NCBI GenBank assembly: GCA_951406725.2
Contig: OX597831.1
Coordinates: forward strand, 15,314,001-15,378,000
Direction: 5' to 3'
Length of the DNA: 64,000 bases
Source of the DNA: Octopus vulgaris
Lineage: Eukaryota
This document shows positions 42,326 through 56,304 of the stretch, piece after piece. The notes under the pieces are model-generated. The model searched no databases, was not told where the DNA came from, and saw only the letters and a program-made list of their open reading frames with translations. The translations under genes were made by a program, and so were the position numbers. How positions within the stretch are numbered: position 1 is the first letter of the stretch; each line of letters begins with the position of its first letter.

Positions 42326-44355
42326 AGAAAAAAGCAACAAGAATGGATTAGTTTTTCAGTACAATTGTTTCATACGAAGAACAGCTTTATTAAAAGCTGC
42401 AAATATTGCAGCAAATACAAGTGTCCCGTACTCATCAGCCAAAACACATATGAGTTTTCCAAACATCGTAGGGGGTGAGGCAACACTCATGAAGTATCGA
42501 AGAGAGTTCTATAAAAAGCAAATTTAGATTGTAAGCAGACTTCCAAAGTTCTCTAATGATGCACAGTTTTATAAAAGGTTTTAAAAAAGCTTGTTAGCTT
42601 CACAGAAAAGGTAAATCCATCCATAATAATGTAGGTGTAATTTCCGGAGATATGAGGAGATATTTCATTCTCAGAGACGATGAATTTATCCATAATAAAG
42701 TGGGTATAATTTCCTGATATATGAGAAGATGCTTATCACACTTCTGTTCATTTCACAAAACTACTATGTTGGAATTATAATGGCTAAAAGAAGTTAGTAG
42801 AGCAGAAAAACTGCCCAAATAGGGCATTATGGGACAACTGAGAGGAAAGGGGTGTAAGTACACAACCTACACAGATTAGTCTATTTCTGTGGTGACAGAA
42901 AGTCTAGGTTAGATTTGCAGGAATCTGAAATTTATAAAAGAAAACTTTACTTTTGACCAGCATACAGCTGTTAATTGCCAACCCTACAGAGTTAAAGCAG
43001 ATGTAAGAATATAAAGAGAACAAGGGAAAGTAATAAAGGGGTCAAAGGCTATCAATAGAGGAAAATACATTAAGAGATTTAAGTGCAATACAAGAAAGGA
43101 GGTCATTTAATTAATTTATTTATTATCGTTACTATATATACAAATGTTTATACATTGTAAGACAGATTTTAGGTCTATACCTAGAGGTCAATTAATTTCT
43201 ATAGTAAAAGGTGTGAGAGTATTGCTTATTCAAAAAAATAGTGAAAAATCATAGTGAAAATTCCTTATACTATTATTAAGGGAGTAGCATTACTTATTCA
43301 AACTTATAATAGAAATATGAAGTATTAGCAACTTATTTGATTTAAGTTGGGTTACTTAAATTAGATTAAAATTAGATTAAATTAAATTAACTATATAGTC
43401 AATTAAAATTTTTGGCAACGTACAAATACTATTTATTTCTTTATGTTCCAAATCAGGTACATTTAGAAAGAAAGAACCACAGTGTAAGAGCTCGCAGATA
43501 TCTATTTAAAATAGATCAGAGTCTTGCTTTATTAGTAGAAGCAAGATAGACCTAGCTCCATACGATTATTCTATACGATTTATATTTAAAATATTTTAGA
43601 GTCTTAATTTTCGCGTGAATACAAGAAAGACCCGATTCTATACGGTTATTTAACAAATTCCTATTTTTTCCATGCCTTAGAATTTCATATGTCTCCATGG
43701 AGCAGAGTTGGCAACCAACCCTGTTATTTCTATAAGGCATCGCTCTTCTAACTATTTCCCAATTAAGGTTATATTTAATATTATTATTTTTGAGTTCCCA
43801 GATCTTACTTGAAAGTGTGGTGCAACCAGCTTTATGACGTAACTTAAAGGAGGAGACATAGTTGCTAACTCTTTTTTAAAAATTTATAGTACAACCTAAA
43901 TAAAAAAAAATGTGCTATTCTCAGTAGTTATGGTACATTTATAGATTTCGTTATTTACCCCACACAGACCAGGTGCCGGACATTTTGACCTAATTCTACA
44001 ATTACATCTAGGGGGATCATCTTCAGGTGTAGAATTATTTAAGGATATATATCCCATATTCTTGCTATTCTGCTAGAGCAGATACCCCTAATAATTTCGA
44101 TATACCCATAGGTTCTAGTGATTCGGCTGAGGTAGCTAATTTGGTAGTTGCATATCTATTAAAGTGCATAAAAAAGGAGATCCCAGAATTACAAGGTGGT
44201 CTATACAGGGATGATGCTCTGTTTGTTATCCCTAGTAATAATAAATCTAGCATTGAACGGATTAGAAAGAAAATTAATAGGTTCTTTAAAGATTTCAACC
44301 TTAGCATAACATGAACCTGCCACTAAAATAGTCAATTTCCTAGATATTACATTTT
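42323..44355. mobile_element. Penelope-like element (probably Naiad type): 3' UTR and GIY-YIG endonuclease on -, inverted RT fragment on +
   Basis: The minus strand at 44063-43552 gives PRCNCRIRSKCPAPGLCGVNNEIYKCTITTENSTFFYLG...TTLSSKIWELKNNNIKYNLNWEIV...CQLCSMETYEIL...LLNNRIESGLSCIH. The plus strand at 44072-44355 gives FDIPIGSSDSAEVANLV...GGLYRDDAL...ERIRKKINRFFKDFNLSIT/KIVNFLDITF. The element ends in (TA)n. Confidence 0.88.
42354..42444 (-). ncRNA. Hammerhead ribozyme with long stem II insertion at the Penelope 3' end
   Basis: ttttgg-CTGATGA-gtacg-[50 nt]-cgtat-GAAA-caattg-TA-ctgaaa. Palindromic acaattgt stem III. Confidence 0.7.
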
Positions 44356-44587
44356 TGGTCAGGTTTTTCTATGTCACACACTATAATCTTGACAGCCTTC
44401 CGTGTCATATGTTATAATTTTAGTAACGTCGTTCTTCTGTGGAAATGTATCCTTATCTTATACGCAGGATAGCTTCTTCCCCATTACAGATTCATTTATA
44501 CTGGGATTGGGGGGGATTCCAAACTTTCTTCAGCGTCTGCCTCTACTATTGATTTTCTTTGAATATTTTAGGAGGTAAATTTTAACA

Positions 44588-44762
44588 GGCGCAGGAGTGG
44601 CTGTGTGGTAAGTAGCTTGCTAACCAACCACATGGTTCCGGGTTCAGTCCCACTGCGTGGCATCTTGGGCAAGTGTCTTCTGCTATAGCCCCGGGCCGAC
44701 CAATGCCTTGTGAGTGGATTTGGTAGACGGAAACTGAAAGAAGCCTGTCGTATATATGTATG

Positions 44763-44803
<41 letters not shown>

Positions 44804-45030
44804 GTTTGTGTGTCTATGTTTGTCCCCCTAGCATTGCTTGACAACAGATGCTGGTGTGTTTACGTCCCCGTCACTTAGCGGTTCGGCAAAAGAGACCGAT
44901 AGAATAAGTACTGGGCTTACAAAGAACAAGTCCCGGGGTCGATTTGCTCGACTAAAAAAAGGCGGTGCTCCAGCATGGCCGCAGTCAAATGACTGAAACA
45001 AGTAAAAGAGTAAAAGAGAGTAAAGAGAGT
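44588..45030 (+). mobile_element. Full-length tRNA-derived SINE (family A)
   Basis: A box tggctgtgtgg, B box ggttcagtccc, internal (TA)/(TG) tract, 3' ggcggtgctccagcatggccgcagtcaaatgactgaaacaag, (agtaaaag)n-like tail. Confidence 0.92.
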
Positions 45031-45483
45031 CCCGTCCAGGTGGCAAGTCAATAACTTGTTACTAAATAATATGGAAAACTCTTTATATCTCAACAAGTGA
45101 GTTCTTGTAAGAAATGCAAAAGACATGGGCCTCAAAGAGTGAAAAAACTAAAGATTTTCACACTTGCATTTTCGCGTAGAATGAGAAAGAAAGGGGATGC
45201 GTACGTGTGTGTGTGTGTGTGTGTGTGTGTGAGACAGAGGTGGGAGGAAAGATACATAGATGGATCAATACATAGATAGAGAGAGAGAGAGAAAGAGAGA
45301 GGGAGAGAAAGAGAGAGAGAGATAAAGAGAGAGAGACAGCTTGAGTGAAAACGAAACAGAGAAAGTGAGTGGGTGTATGCGCTCTGACTAGTTATTCTCT
45401 CGTAATAAATGTGTGTGCGCTGAGTGTATGCTGTGTGTGATCATGTGCCTGTGTGTACGTTTGTGTCCGCGTTCGTGTGTGCT

Positions 45484-45526
<43 letters not shown>

Positions 45527-45565
45527 ACATGTAGATATACATATATGCATGTATGTCTATACATA

Positions 45566-46824
45566 CAGGCGTTGGGCAAAATAAAGGAAAAACCTTAAAA
45601 TTTCAAACAAATTTATTATAACATGGGATAGGACCGCCTTTGGCAGTAATTACAGGTTCAATTCTACGAGGACTAGACTCGTACAAAATTTGAATTGTTT
45701 CCTAAGGGCATTTCTCCATTCTTCAACTGAAACATTCTCCAGTTCTTGTAGTAATGACGGTGGAGGATATCGACTCCTTACTTGCTTTCCAAAATTGCGC
45801 CATAAATATTCAATAACATTGAGATCTGGGGACTGTGGTGGTCAGATAAGGTGTACAACTTCATGAGAACGTTCCTCGTGCCATTCCGTAACAATTTTAA
45901 CTGTGTGAATTAGTGCATTATCATCTTGAAAGATTTTGTTTCCCTCCGGAAGCAGTTCTACATACATAGGATGAATTTGATCAGATAAGATGCTAAAACA
46001 GTCTTGACTATTAATTATGCGATGAAGGAAAACAAACCATTGGGCCGGCGGATTTCCAAGATATATCGCCCCAGATCATCACAAATCCTCCTCCATGTTT
46101 AATAGTTGGAAGAAGGCAGTTGTGGTCAAATGCTTGTTTTGGCTGTCTCCAGACGTATACTCGGCCGGTGGTCGGAAATAAGATAAAGGATGATTTGTCC
46201 GGGAAAATAACATTCTTTCACTGCTGTAGGAACCAATTCTGTAGGTTTTGACCCCACTCTAAACGCTTTGAAGGTTTTTTTTTTTAGTAATAATTTTCTG
46301 ATTGCATCCCTCCCATGTAATCCGACTTTGTGCTGCTCCCGGCGAACAGTTTTTATGGGAACAGTGTTCTAGATGTGTTCATTAAGCTCTGCAGTAATTT
46401 TAGGAGCTGTACTTATATGATCCTTTCTAAGAATTCGCATAAGAGTCCGACGGTCCCTATCTGAAAGTTTAGGCTTTCTTCCGGAGTTTCTCTTTCACAA
46501 AGGCTGTCATTACTTTTGAGACATTCCTTCTTGATACACCAAACATTTCGGCTGTTTGGTTACGCTAGCGCCTGTAATTTGAGCATAGGCAAGTTAAATT
46601 CTTTGAAAGTGCGATAGATCTATCATTTTAATGAATCTTGATTCCCTTCTTCTGATGATATCTGAAAAGAAAAAGCCATTTCGCAAAACATGAAAAAACA
46701 CTAATACCAAAAAAAAAAAAAAAAGAAAAACATGAAAATAAGCAAGCTTTTGGCAGTTTTAGAGATATTTAAAAATTATGATGGTGTGATGCTAGGTGTT
46801 TCCATTATTTTGTCCCACGCCTTG
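45566..46824 (-). mobile_element. Full-length decayed Tc1-family DNA transposon
   Basis: TIRs caggcgttgggcaaaataaaggaaaaacct (45566-45595) and aggtgtttccattattttgtcccacgccttg (46794-46824), with TA at the left end. Minus-strand transposase pieces: GASVT..AEMFGVSR, NSGRKPKLSDRDRRTL, KHGGGFVMIW, FQDDNALIH, PPQSPDLNVIEYLW; several stops and frameshifts. Confidence 0.93.
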
Positions 46825-46956
46825 CACCGTCTCTGATGAAGGGATATATAGAAAATTCGGAAAATAAATGTTCTGAATACTTTCACAGCCTTGCATGTTT
46901 TATCTCATTTGGTTAAATTATTTATATGTCGACATATATACATACATATATCCGTG

Positions 46957-47079
<123 letters not shown>

Positions 47080-47551
47080 GTAATAATAATAATAATAATA
47101 ATAAAGTGTAGATGAACAGGAACTTCCACACAGGTACTAAGAAGCACACACATTTAAGACACTTACCTGCACACACACACACACACACATACATCCCACC
47201 ACACACACATACTCACTCATACACGAACATACAAGTTTACAGGAATATCCATGCAGTGCTTCTTGTGTAGCTATAAACAACGGTCCGTATTTATCAACAA
47301 TTACCAACTTTCAGTAAAATATACTTTAATTATGTTTATCGTTCCACCACAAAAACAATCCTATCTCTTCAAATTACTACAGTTCTATCGGTATTAATTC
47401 GGTGTATTTTACTTTCGTTTGTTTTATTACATTCTTCCGGCAATAACTGGCTTTGTATTCTTAACTTCGTTTAAACTTCTCGTTTTACATATAATGTTTA
47501 CTTCGAAATCTAAAATTACGAGCCAAAAAATAATAATTTCATTCAAGTAAA

Positions 47552-47636
<85 letters not shown>

Positions 47637-47643
47637 TATATAC

Positions 47644-47734
<91 letters not shown>

Positions 47735-47911
47735 AACGTACATCCATCCATACATACATACATACATACATACATACACACATACACAGTAACTAGCACT
47801 TGGGTATGAATAACTGGGTACACTACCAGCAGTATATTGGATAGGTACTATCCCTTAGTTGGTTTCTTAGCCTCTAACTCACACTGAAATATATATATAT
47901 TTTATAGAAGG

Positions 47912-47962
47912 AGCTTCTACAGGACTAGAACTGTTTCATTCAAATGAAATCATCAGGAAGCT
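47912..47962 (-). ncRNA. Type I hammerhead ribozyme, family H1 copy 3
   Basis: Reverse complement of copy 4 in the left arm of the palindrome. Confidence 0.75.
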
Positions 47963-47987
47963 TGCTGTCAGCAAGCTTCTGACAGCA

Positions 47988-48038
47988 AGCTTCCTGATGA
48001 TTTCATTTGAATGAAACAGTTCTAGTCCTGTAGAAGCT
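47988..48038 (+). ncRNA. Type I hammerhead ribozyme, family H1 copy 4
   Basis: agcttc-CTGATGA-tttc-attt-gaat-GAAA-cag-ttctagtc-ctg-TA-gaagct. Confidence 0.78.
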
Positions 48039-48120
48039 CCTTCTATAAAATAAATTAATTTATTCTGCTATGTATTGAGTACCTTATTTACTGTGGTTAA
48101 CCCCGACTCAACCCGGGACC

Positions 48121-48166
<46 letters not shown>

Positions 48167-48696
48167 TATATATGTATGTATTTATATATCCATATCCATA
48201 TATATGTATGTTAATATATGTGCGTATGTATGTGTGAGTATGTTTATCTACAGATGTATTATATTGAAAACAAGAATATTATTGATGGTGACTTCATCCA
48301 GTTAAGTCAACCCCGATGCATTCAGGTTAATCTTAGTTTTCTGCACTTGTTATTGAGTTTAAATATCACTTGGTGTCTTGGGTTTCAATTGAGTGGTAAT
48401 TTATTTTTAGTGAGAGTTGTTATGGAGAGCTGTTTTGGAGAAATATTTATTGATCATATTTGGTTTTTTGTTATTGCTTAGAATTGCACGAATAAATTCT
48501 ACACTATAACATAACCCCAAATTTGATCAATAATAATTTTCTTAAAACACGTCTCTATAGTAACACATCTTAAATTTAATTAATGAAAGCCACATACCCA
48601 TCGAAGGTTTTTATTCATCGGATACAATATAATGCCTAGATTGACTCGTCAAAACTCGTCAAAACCTCTTCGTCACTGTCAATAAATATTCCTGTA

Positions 48697-48746
<50 letters not shown>

Positions 48747-49799
48747 AGAGAGAGAGATACGCATGCACACAAGATATATTTATAAATACAACGAGAGAGG
48801 GAGGGGAGGGGAAGGGAGAGAGATTATGGGAAATCTCGGAGCAGAGAATGGCAATGAAGGAGATACTTTTTCATTTAGTATTATTATTCCGCAGCAATAA
48901 AAAGTCTTCTAATTTAAACATTGTACAATTTTCAGCGCAATAAAAATTTTCTCGGTAATTTCAGTATTCATTGTTACGCATGAAGACACACACACACACA
49001 GGCACACACACACTCCTACACATACACACACTCATATGCATATGTTTATGCATCCATGTACGTATGACAGTATATATCCTTTCATAAAAATATAATCTTA
49101 GTAAAAACAATAAAATAATTTGATTATCAAAACTAAGATATCATCCTCGACATATCACAGTTGAAACAGCAATGAAAATTATAATCAACTACATATGTCA
49201 ATGAGAGTAGTAATAATAATTATAATAGCAACAGGAACAACAACATTAATAACATTTTCTCCTATGACTTAATGAAATGTTGAGAAACGGGGTACATCGA
49301 CCCAGTACCCCACTGGTACTTATTTTCTCAATTAGAAGAGGTTGATATGGCGAAGTTAACCGCAGCGGAATTTAAGCACAGAACGTGCTAACAATTCCGT
49401 AGTCTGACTCAGAGAATTAGGATACAATCGCTCATGCAAGTATGTAGGAATGGACGAAATATCCGAAATGCAACACAGGGGAAAAAATGAGAAATTTGGA
49501 GAGAATATTGCAGGAGATTTAGAGTTCTATGAAGAAAATCTGAAATTATTATTAATAACATGATATCGATAAAGACGCTAATTATAAATTACAGTTTCAA
49601 CATATTAAACCGCACGATTTGTGATTTGATAACCTTAACTAGAAAAAGCAGGAAAGTATTAACAGCATACGAAGTCACAGTGCGAAAGCAGACACAAGCA
49701 GAATATATACCAAGCAGAAACAAACTCTACTGAAACACTGATTACACAGCAGAAATTGTGAAAGAGAGAGAGAAGAAAAACTCTTCGTGCATGCGTACA

Positions 49800-50690
49800 T
49801 ACTGTGCGTTTTTTCCTAAATGTTGTAGGTGTGGTATCAACGATTGAAAAGTGCATTGTATTCATAATAAAACTAGAAAAAATTGAAGAAAACCATAGAA
49901 TTGAAATATCAAATGGGGAAACAATGACACCAGTTGAGAAAGGACAATGCTCTATATATTCGGGGTTACTATGGGAAGATGAAATACAACATGGTGAGAG
50001 GAAGCAAATTGTAAGTTGAGAGTGAAAAATAGAATAAAACATGTTATTGAAGCAATAAGTATAAGTGTAGTATCCGTAATCAGATGTGGAGTCGTAATTG
50101 TAGATTGGGCCAAAAGCGGCATTCAAGAAGCTGGCAGAAGAACTAGAAAGATGTTGACTATGTATATAGCTCAACAGTCGAAACTTGATACTAACCGGTT
50201 CTACTTAAAACGAGACCAGGGTGGAAGAAGCTAATTTGCTGTGGAAGAGTGTAGACGGATCGAATGAAAAGTCTTGCTAGAATATTTACAGCAAAGTACA
50301 GAGAAATTTCTAAAGACATGGGACAAAACGCAGGTAATCAAGTGTGGGACAGTAGAATAGGACAAGAATGGAATTCAATGAAACCTGTTCAAAGATATTG
50401 AAGAGAAACCTTTGGATGGTCAGTTTTGGAAAGTCAATGATGATTTATGTGGATGAAAAGTAAATGGGCTGAGAAAGAAAGAAAAAAAATATGAATTATA
50501 TATTGAAATAAATATCCCAATTGTAGCTGCTCAAGATCAAACACTAGAACAATAACTTGAGACAATATGTGTTTGGGGGAGAAGGGGTCATCAAAATATA
50601 AGGTTTGAGAGATTTGGGATGAAACTAGGACAGAAAATGTCCGAAATTCGTTCGGGGAGGATATAAGAAATGAAGGCATGACCAAATTTT
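49800..50690 (+). pseudogene. Old R4/Dong-like LINE ORF remnant (post-RT region)
   Basis: EKCIVFIIKLEKIEENHRIEISNGETM.../VIEAISISVVSVIRCGVVIVDW...RRTRKMLTMY...DTNRFYLKRDQGGRS*/KPLDGQF/IVAAQDQTL, matching R4/Dong motifs (R.TRK.LT, RLY..R..GGRGL, HGQF, AAQDQ). (AAT)n follows. Confidence 0.8.
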
Positions 50691-50741
50691 GAAGTGTTTA
50701 GAAATGATGATATTGATGATAATGATAATGAGGTTAATAAT

Positions 50742-50796
<55 letters not shown>

Positions 50797-53700
50797 GTAA
50801 TAATGAAAAGAAGAAAAAGAATAAATAGAAGATGAAGAAGAAATGACGGGCATATATGTATATAAAGCGCTCTCATATATGTGTATCTTATATTTCTGTA
50901 GTTATAGATATGTGAAGATAGATGAAGCGAAAGTCGATGAAAGACAAGTAGAGGCTGATATTTCTGTGCGATCCTATTTCTGTGCATATGTTCTTTTGTT
51001 CTTTTGTTAGTTTCAGTCATTTGACTGCGGCCATGCTGGAGCACCGTATATATTAAATATATTTGATAATGTAATGATTATTTTATATGAAGCAGGAAAA
51101 ATATCGAAGATGGAGTGTTGAAGGAGCTATATAAATCATTCGTTAACATGTGTATAAATACACATACATACACGTGTGTGTGGGTGCGTATCGTTCTCTC
51201 TCTTTATGTGTATAGACAGACACACATGCGCACTTATTTATTTGCGGCATTATATGCGTACAACAAACATCTGAAAAATAACCAAATAAATTCTCACGCC
51301 AAGACGACTGTTATTTCTTGTCAATATCATTTTGTACGTGGTTTTGTGGATTTCGAATTCAATTGCGTTCGATTGCGGCTTGACACTTCCCGACATTGTT
51401 AAAATGTAACTACTTATTAGGAAAATCACCTTAGTAAAATAATGCAAATTGATTTCAAGTGATTGGAGAGAACTGAAAACTCAAGAAGATATGTGTGTGA
51501 ATTGACATTTAAACAGAAGAAATAATAACATTGTTTCGAATATATTGTGAATGTAAATTACAGCTTTCTAAAAAAGTATACACTCTTAATACATTTGGTA
51601 GTAATTCTGTGCATAACAAATTCTATTGCATTTGTATTGGGTGGAATGGCAAGGCAGTTCAAATGAAATTGTTTTAGCAAAATGTCTATTCTTTCTGCTG
51701 CAGTGTGTGTCACATAAGAACATGGTTGTGCTCGTCGCTACAACTTGAGCGCCTCAAATTTAAGACTTGACTCGCGGTTAAAGGGGCTATATGCGACAAC
51801 TGGTATGATTCTGTAATCTTTATGTTAGGGCCTGTAAAATGATAGATGCCCTATTGAACACTAGTGTAATTCAAATATTAGATGTAAAGTTAATTTAGCT
51901 AATAATCTAGTACGCAGATCTCCTTTTAGTTTCGATTCAAAAACGAACGCTACAGTAAAAAAAAAAATTGTACATCCAGGTGGGTACTAGGTTTCAATAT
52001 GGCTCAATTCGATGTTGTTTATGTTAATCTTCAATTATTGCCAGCGGATAGCTGCAAAAAGAAAACAAGAACGTGCAAAGAGGGTTAAAAGACTCAAGTT
52101 TGACTGGTTGCTTACGAAGTAATCAATCGATTCCAAAGTAAGCTTCGTGAATATTCTCGACAAATATTTCTTCTATCTTAGAAATTTACTAAATGCTAAG
52201 AAAGTTGAGATAGAAATGTCCAATCAAAACTCCCTCAAGTGCTTCACAGGTCTCTCACAGTCAGTTTTGTGAAGTGGTGATGTTGTTCTTCCAATTATTG
52301 TCTCTTAAATAAACATAAACAGTTTTGATATTGCGAAATAGTCCATGCCATGAAGACATTTAACGATCGTAATCCTTATCTCATATATACCGTTTTATTT
52401 AAATCTGTGCTGTAAATGTATGAAAGGAAATGTCCAGAGGATATGTTCAGATTATGTATGATCAAACAATATGTTTATGGTAGGTGTTAGTGATAGTGGA
52501 CACAGGATAAGTTCACCTGCAACGTTTCAGTGGAAATGAAAGTATGTCAAACAGTTTGAGAAACAATGTCCATAGCATTTATTGTACAAATTGACAACGA
52601 TACGACACGCTATATCAGTAGGCCATTCAGTGACAGGGATACATTTATGTGTTGTACCTTCCCTGACTTGATCGCATTAATTTAACATACATTCTGTTAT
52701 TGATGCTTTATGGAGTATCATTTGTGCCTTAAAAAATGGTCAGACAGCGTTATTCCGCTGTAAAGTCGTTGAGAAATACCTTCTCCTGGAGAAGTCATCT
52801 GAGCTCGTAAAATATCACTAGTTACGACATTTAGTGTTTCAGTTATTGTTGTTTAGATAAGGGACTTGCCACTAGTGTTGAATAATTGACGTCTCTGTTA
52901 CAGAGCTTCAGTAAAGGATTTCCATGGTCTGTGTTGAAGATCTCAGTGCAGATTTTTCTTAAAGTTTTTAATTTACATATGGCCGAAATTTCGACAGGAA
53001 AGCCTATCGAAGTAGAAACAATTGCGTAAATCGTGTTAAACCAAGCGTTCTTATATGTGACTCTATAATTCTTGGCCAAATCACGTGGAGTTAAGACATA
53101 AACTTAAGGTCCCCCGAAGTCTATGACGGAGCATTACCAACACACACTTTAATAGTGTTATCTAATAGGAAACCATTCGTACTAATGACGGAAAATAGAC
53201 GGATAATGTAGACAAAGGACAGCTTTACTAACCTTTTTCACTTCGAGTAATCCGGCAATAGATTTACAAAAGTAAATGTAAATCATCTATTGGGTATTAT
53301 ACTCTTTGCTAAATGAAAACGCTACAGAGTACAACTTACATTGGTCGATAAACATCAGAATCTGTGATAAATAATAATATTATATACTTTATTTTTCTGT
53401 CAATTTCAGGTTTCGATAGACATGATCTGTAAATGTGAAAAGAACAAAGCATCGATTTATTCTGCAAAACATATTCTGTGTATAGCTTACTCTTTTTGGA
53501 TATTATCCATTGAAAATAATATATATTTCTCTACATGTATCTGAGAGAGATGTTTGTATTATGTTACTTTAATGCAAACATTTGTATTCAGATTTCATTG
53601 AAGATATGCTAATATCTCATTTTCTCTTCAAATTTTCCTATGCAATACTTTGAATAGACATACGAATATAGTGTATTTACCATTTAGCTTCTATTATTCG

Positions 53701-54077
53701 CAGTCAAGATGTACGGAATTATTCAAGCATCCTTAGTTTAATGTCAGGTTGGCACAAGCATGAATTAATAAAGGCCAATACAAATGGAAACATGAAGTGA
53801 TTCGTATTATATCATATCGTAATGGAAAATTCACACACACACACACATACACACGCGCACATATATACATACTTACAAATATACATACGTACATTACAAG
53901 TATATACATACATATCTACATACATACCAATATACATACGTACTTACGTTCGTACGTATATACATATACTTATGTCCATACATGCACACACGCGTATATA
54001 CATGCACACGAACATGCATCCATGCATGCCTACGCACTCATACACATATACATCCACACCCACACGCACACACACAA

Positions 54078-54114
<37 letters not shown>

Positions 54115-54287
54115 ACGTTCATTTTACGCGCATTATATGGATAAATATTTTCTGATTCCGAATAATCTGGGCTGTATTGAAAATTGCAGTAGATTGTATT
54201 AGTACATTTAGAATGATGAATATTCTTTTATCTAAACCAGTAATGGAAAGATCTCAACAGGCGGCATAGTACATGTATACACCCCCC

Positions 54288-54323
<36 letters not shown>

Positions 54324-56159
54324 CATCTTGTTTGAAATTAATCTACATAGCTTACTTGATAATTATTACCGCGCACATGGCTTCATGTAATAGCTATAAT
54401 ATTTATTTAAATTGTCAAACCAGTGTCAATTAAACTCACCAACAATTGTTGGAACATTTGCCAGAGTCAGAACAGAAATATATCACCAAATAATGTGATA
54501 TATCTCATAGAAATAAATTAATTTTCTCAACTTTAGTTAAAATTTAATTACTGCAACTTAATTTTTGCCATTTGCACCGCATATGGCTATAACAAAATCG
54601 TGTACATCACACTATCATTGAGGCTAGACAATGAGAAAGTAAGATTTTGCAGACACTTATTGTGAAAACATTTTAAACGTGTAGATTAAACAATGCAAAC
54701 ATCAACTACAGAGAATTTTCCTGAAGCTACTGACGTACATGCTCTCCACTTATGAGATTGCTGATTTGGGGAAATTCATGAGTGACTTAAGGCAATTCTG
54801 TATAGATCTTGATAATTCATATCATTCGAGGAACATAAATATCGATAATGAACTTAAAATAAAGAGAAAATTCACAAAGATCTTTGTGAATATTGCTTTG
54901 GGAGATTTTTTCAGATTCTGTGGCATTCATTTTATTTCAAATGTAGCCTCACCAAATGATATTTGGTAACCAATATTCCTTGTCAGAAACGGAAACAAAA
55001 CAAAGCAGTCAGCGTATGGTGGATTTCACACCACAGAATAACAGATCAGTACTAAAATGATGCATAGGTGTTTTTGAATTTAAGCGACGTCTTAAAATTA
55101 AACGGGTGCATATATATATACATATATGTATATAATTAAATAATGAGAGTAGAAATTAATATTATTACATGATATTAATTTAAACCAGTGGCCAGCACAC
55201 TTTAAAAATGTCTGAAGACAATGAACTATATTTATATCGCCCTGTTTATTTCTGTGTACCTTTTTGTCGAAGAGCGTAGCCTGGAAACGTAAAAGACTTT
55301 CTCACTTCCGGACCGTTAAACTAACACATGTGTTTGTTGTTTACACACCCGTCATCGCCTTTTGTGCTTTTGTAAATTCCCCCCACCCCATATATATATA
55401 CAAAATCAGCCATATCAACATAACTTCATCATCAACTGCTCCACGCATATCATGGTTTTGACACACGGGCAGTGCCAATCAATCCCGCAACAGTAATCTG
55501 TCAACAACATAAGTGTTCTTTCGGAACAAATATATATGCAACTCCTAAATCAGTAAAGAAACAGCGACCACACCTTTAAGTCATACAAAAATATTCCCTA
55601 CATAGTATAACATAAAAGTGAAAGCTTAATGACCACATTCATTCAATCTAAACACAGGCAGGATTAAACACAATCTTTAAAATTAAACTACAATAAAACT
55701 TTTAGAAATTTTTACTACCAGTGGCCTAGCGTGTAGAAAAATTAGTCAATAAACTATATATTATTCGTATAAATACAGTGTACATTTAAATACATAAGAG
55801 CTATCCGTCATAGTATTCCTGGCATGCTAGAACGAACATCTAAAATCCAAACCAAATTATTTTATTTGCAATATAATATGCTGGCGTAGGTTTCCGCCAC
55901 AGCATTCGAAACTCGGAGTTTTATCATGGCTACCGAATTCTCGTCACATATTATATATATATATATATATATATATACCGTATTAGCTCTGAATTAGGTT
56001 CCAGTCAACGGCTAACCACAACGATCAGTAACTAACGTCTATGTTTACATTTACATTTCACTCACACCGTGGACCGTAAAAATTGTCTGGAGTATATATT
56101 AATAATAATGATAATATAGTTTATGCATGTGTGTTTCATTATAATATCCTCTATATATG

Positions 56160-56236
<77 letters not shown>

Positions 56237-56237
56237 G

Positions 56238-56304
<67 letters not shown>

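Larger units (their letters stand above)
47898..48052. repeat. Perfect inverted repeat, 74 bp arms with 7 nt spacer
   Basis: 47898-47971 is the reverse complement of 47979-48052; spacer caagctt. Confidence 0.95.

Noticed and set aside
44305-44320. TGA in the Penelope RT as possible selenocysteine
   Set aside because: It coincides with a frameshift (the protein continues in another frame), so it is decay rather than recoding.
44588-44665. tRNA gene
   Set aside because: The A and B boxes belong to a SINE head that continues into the repeat body and tail.
46830-46885. ctgatgaagggatat... as another hammerhead
   Set aside because: No properly placed GAAA box or complementary stems I and II.
52415-52480. 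MYERKCPEDMFRLCMIK, superficially like exon 3 (MFRSCM) of the six-Cys gene
   Set aside because: No acceptor, different Cys spacing and no matching neighbouring exons; probably chance.
54690-54969. 76 aa plus-strand ORF (MLSTYEIADLGKF...)
   Set aside because: No splice signals or motif that I can support.
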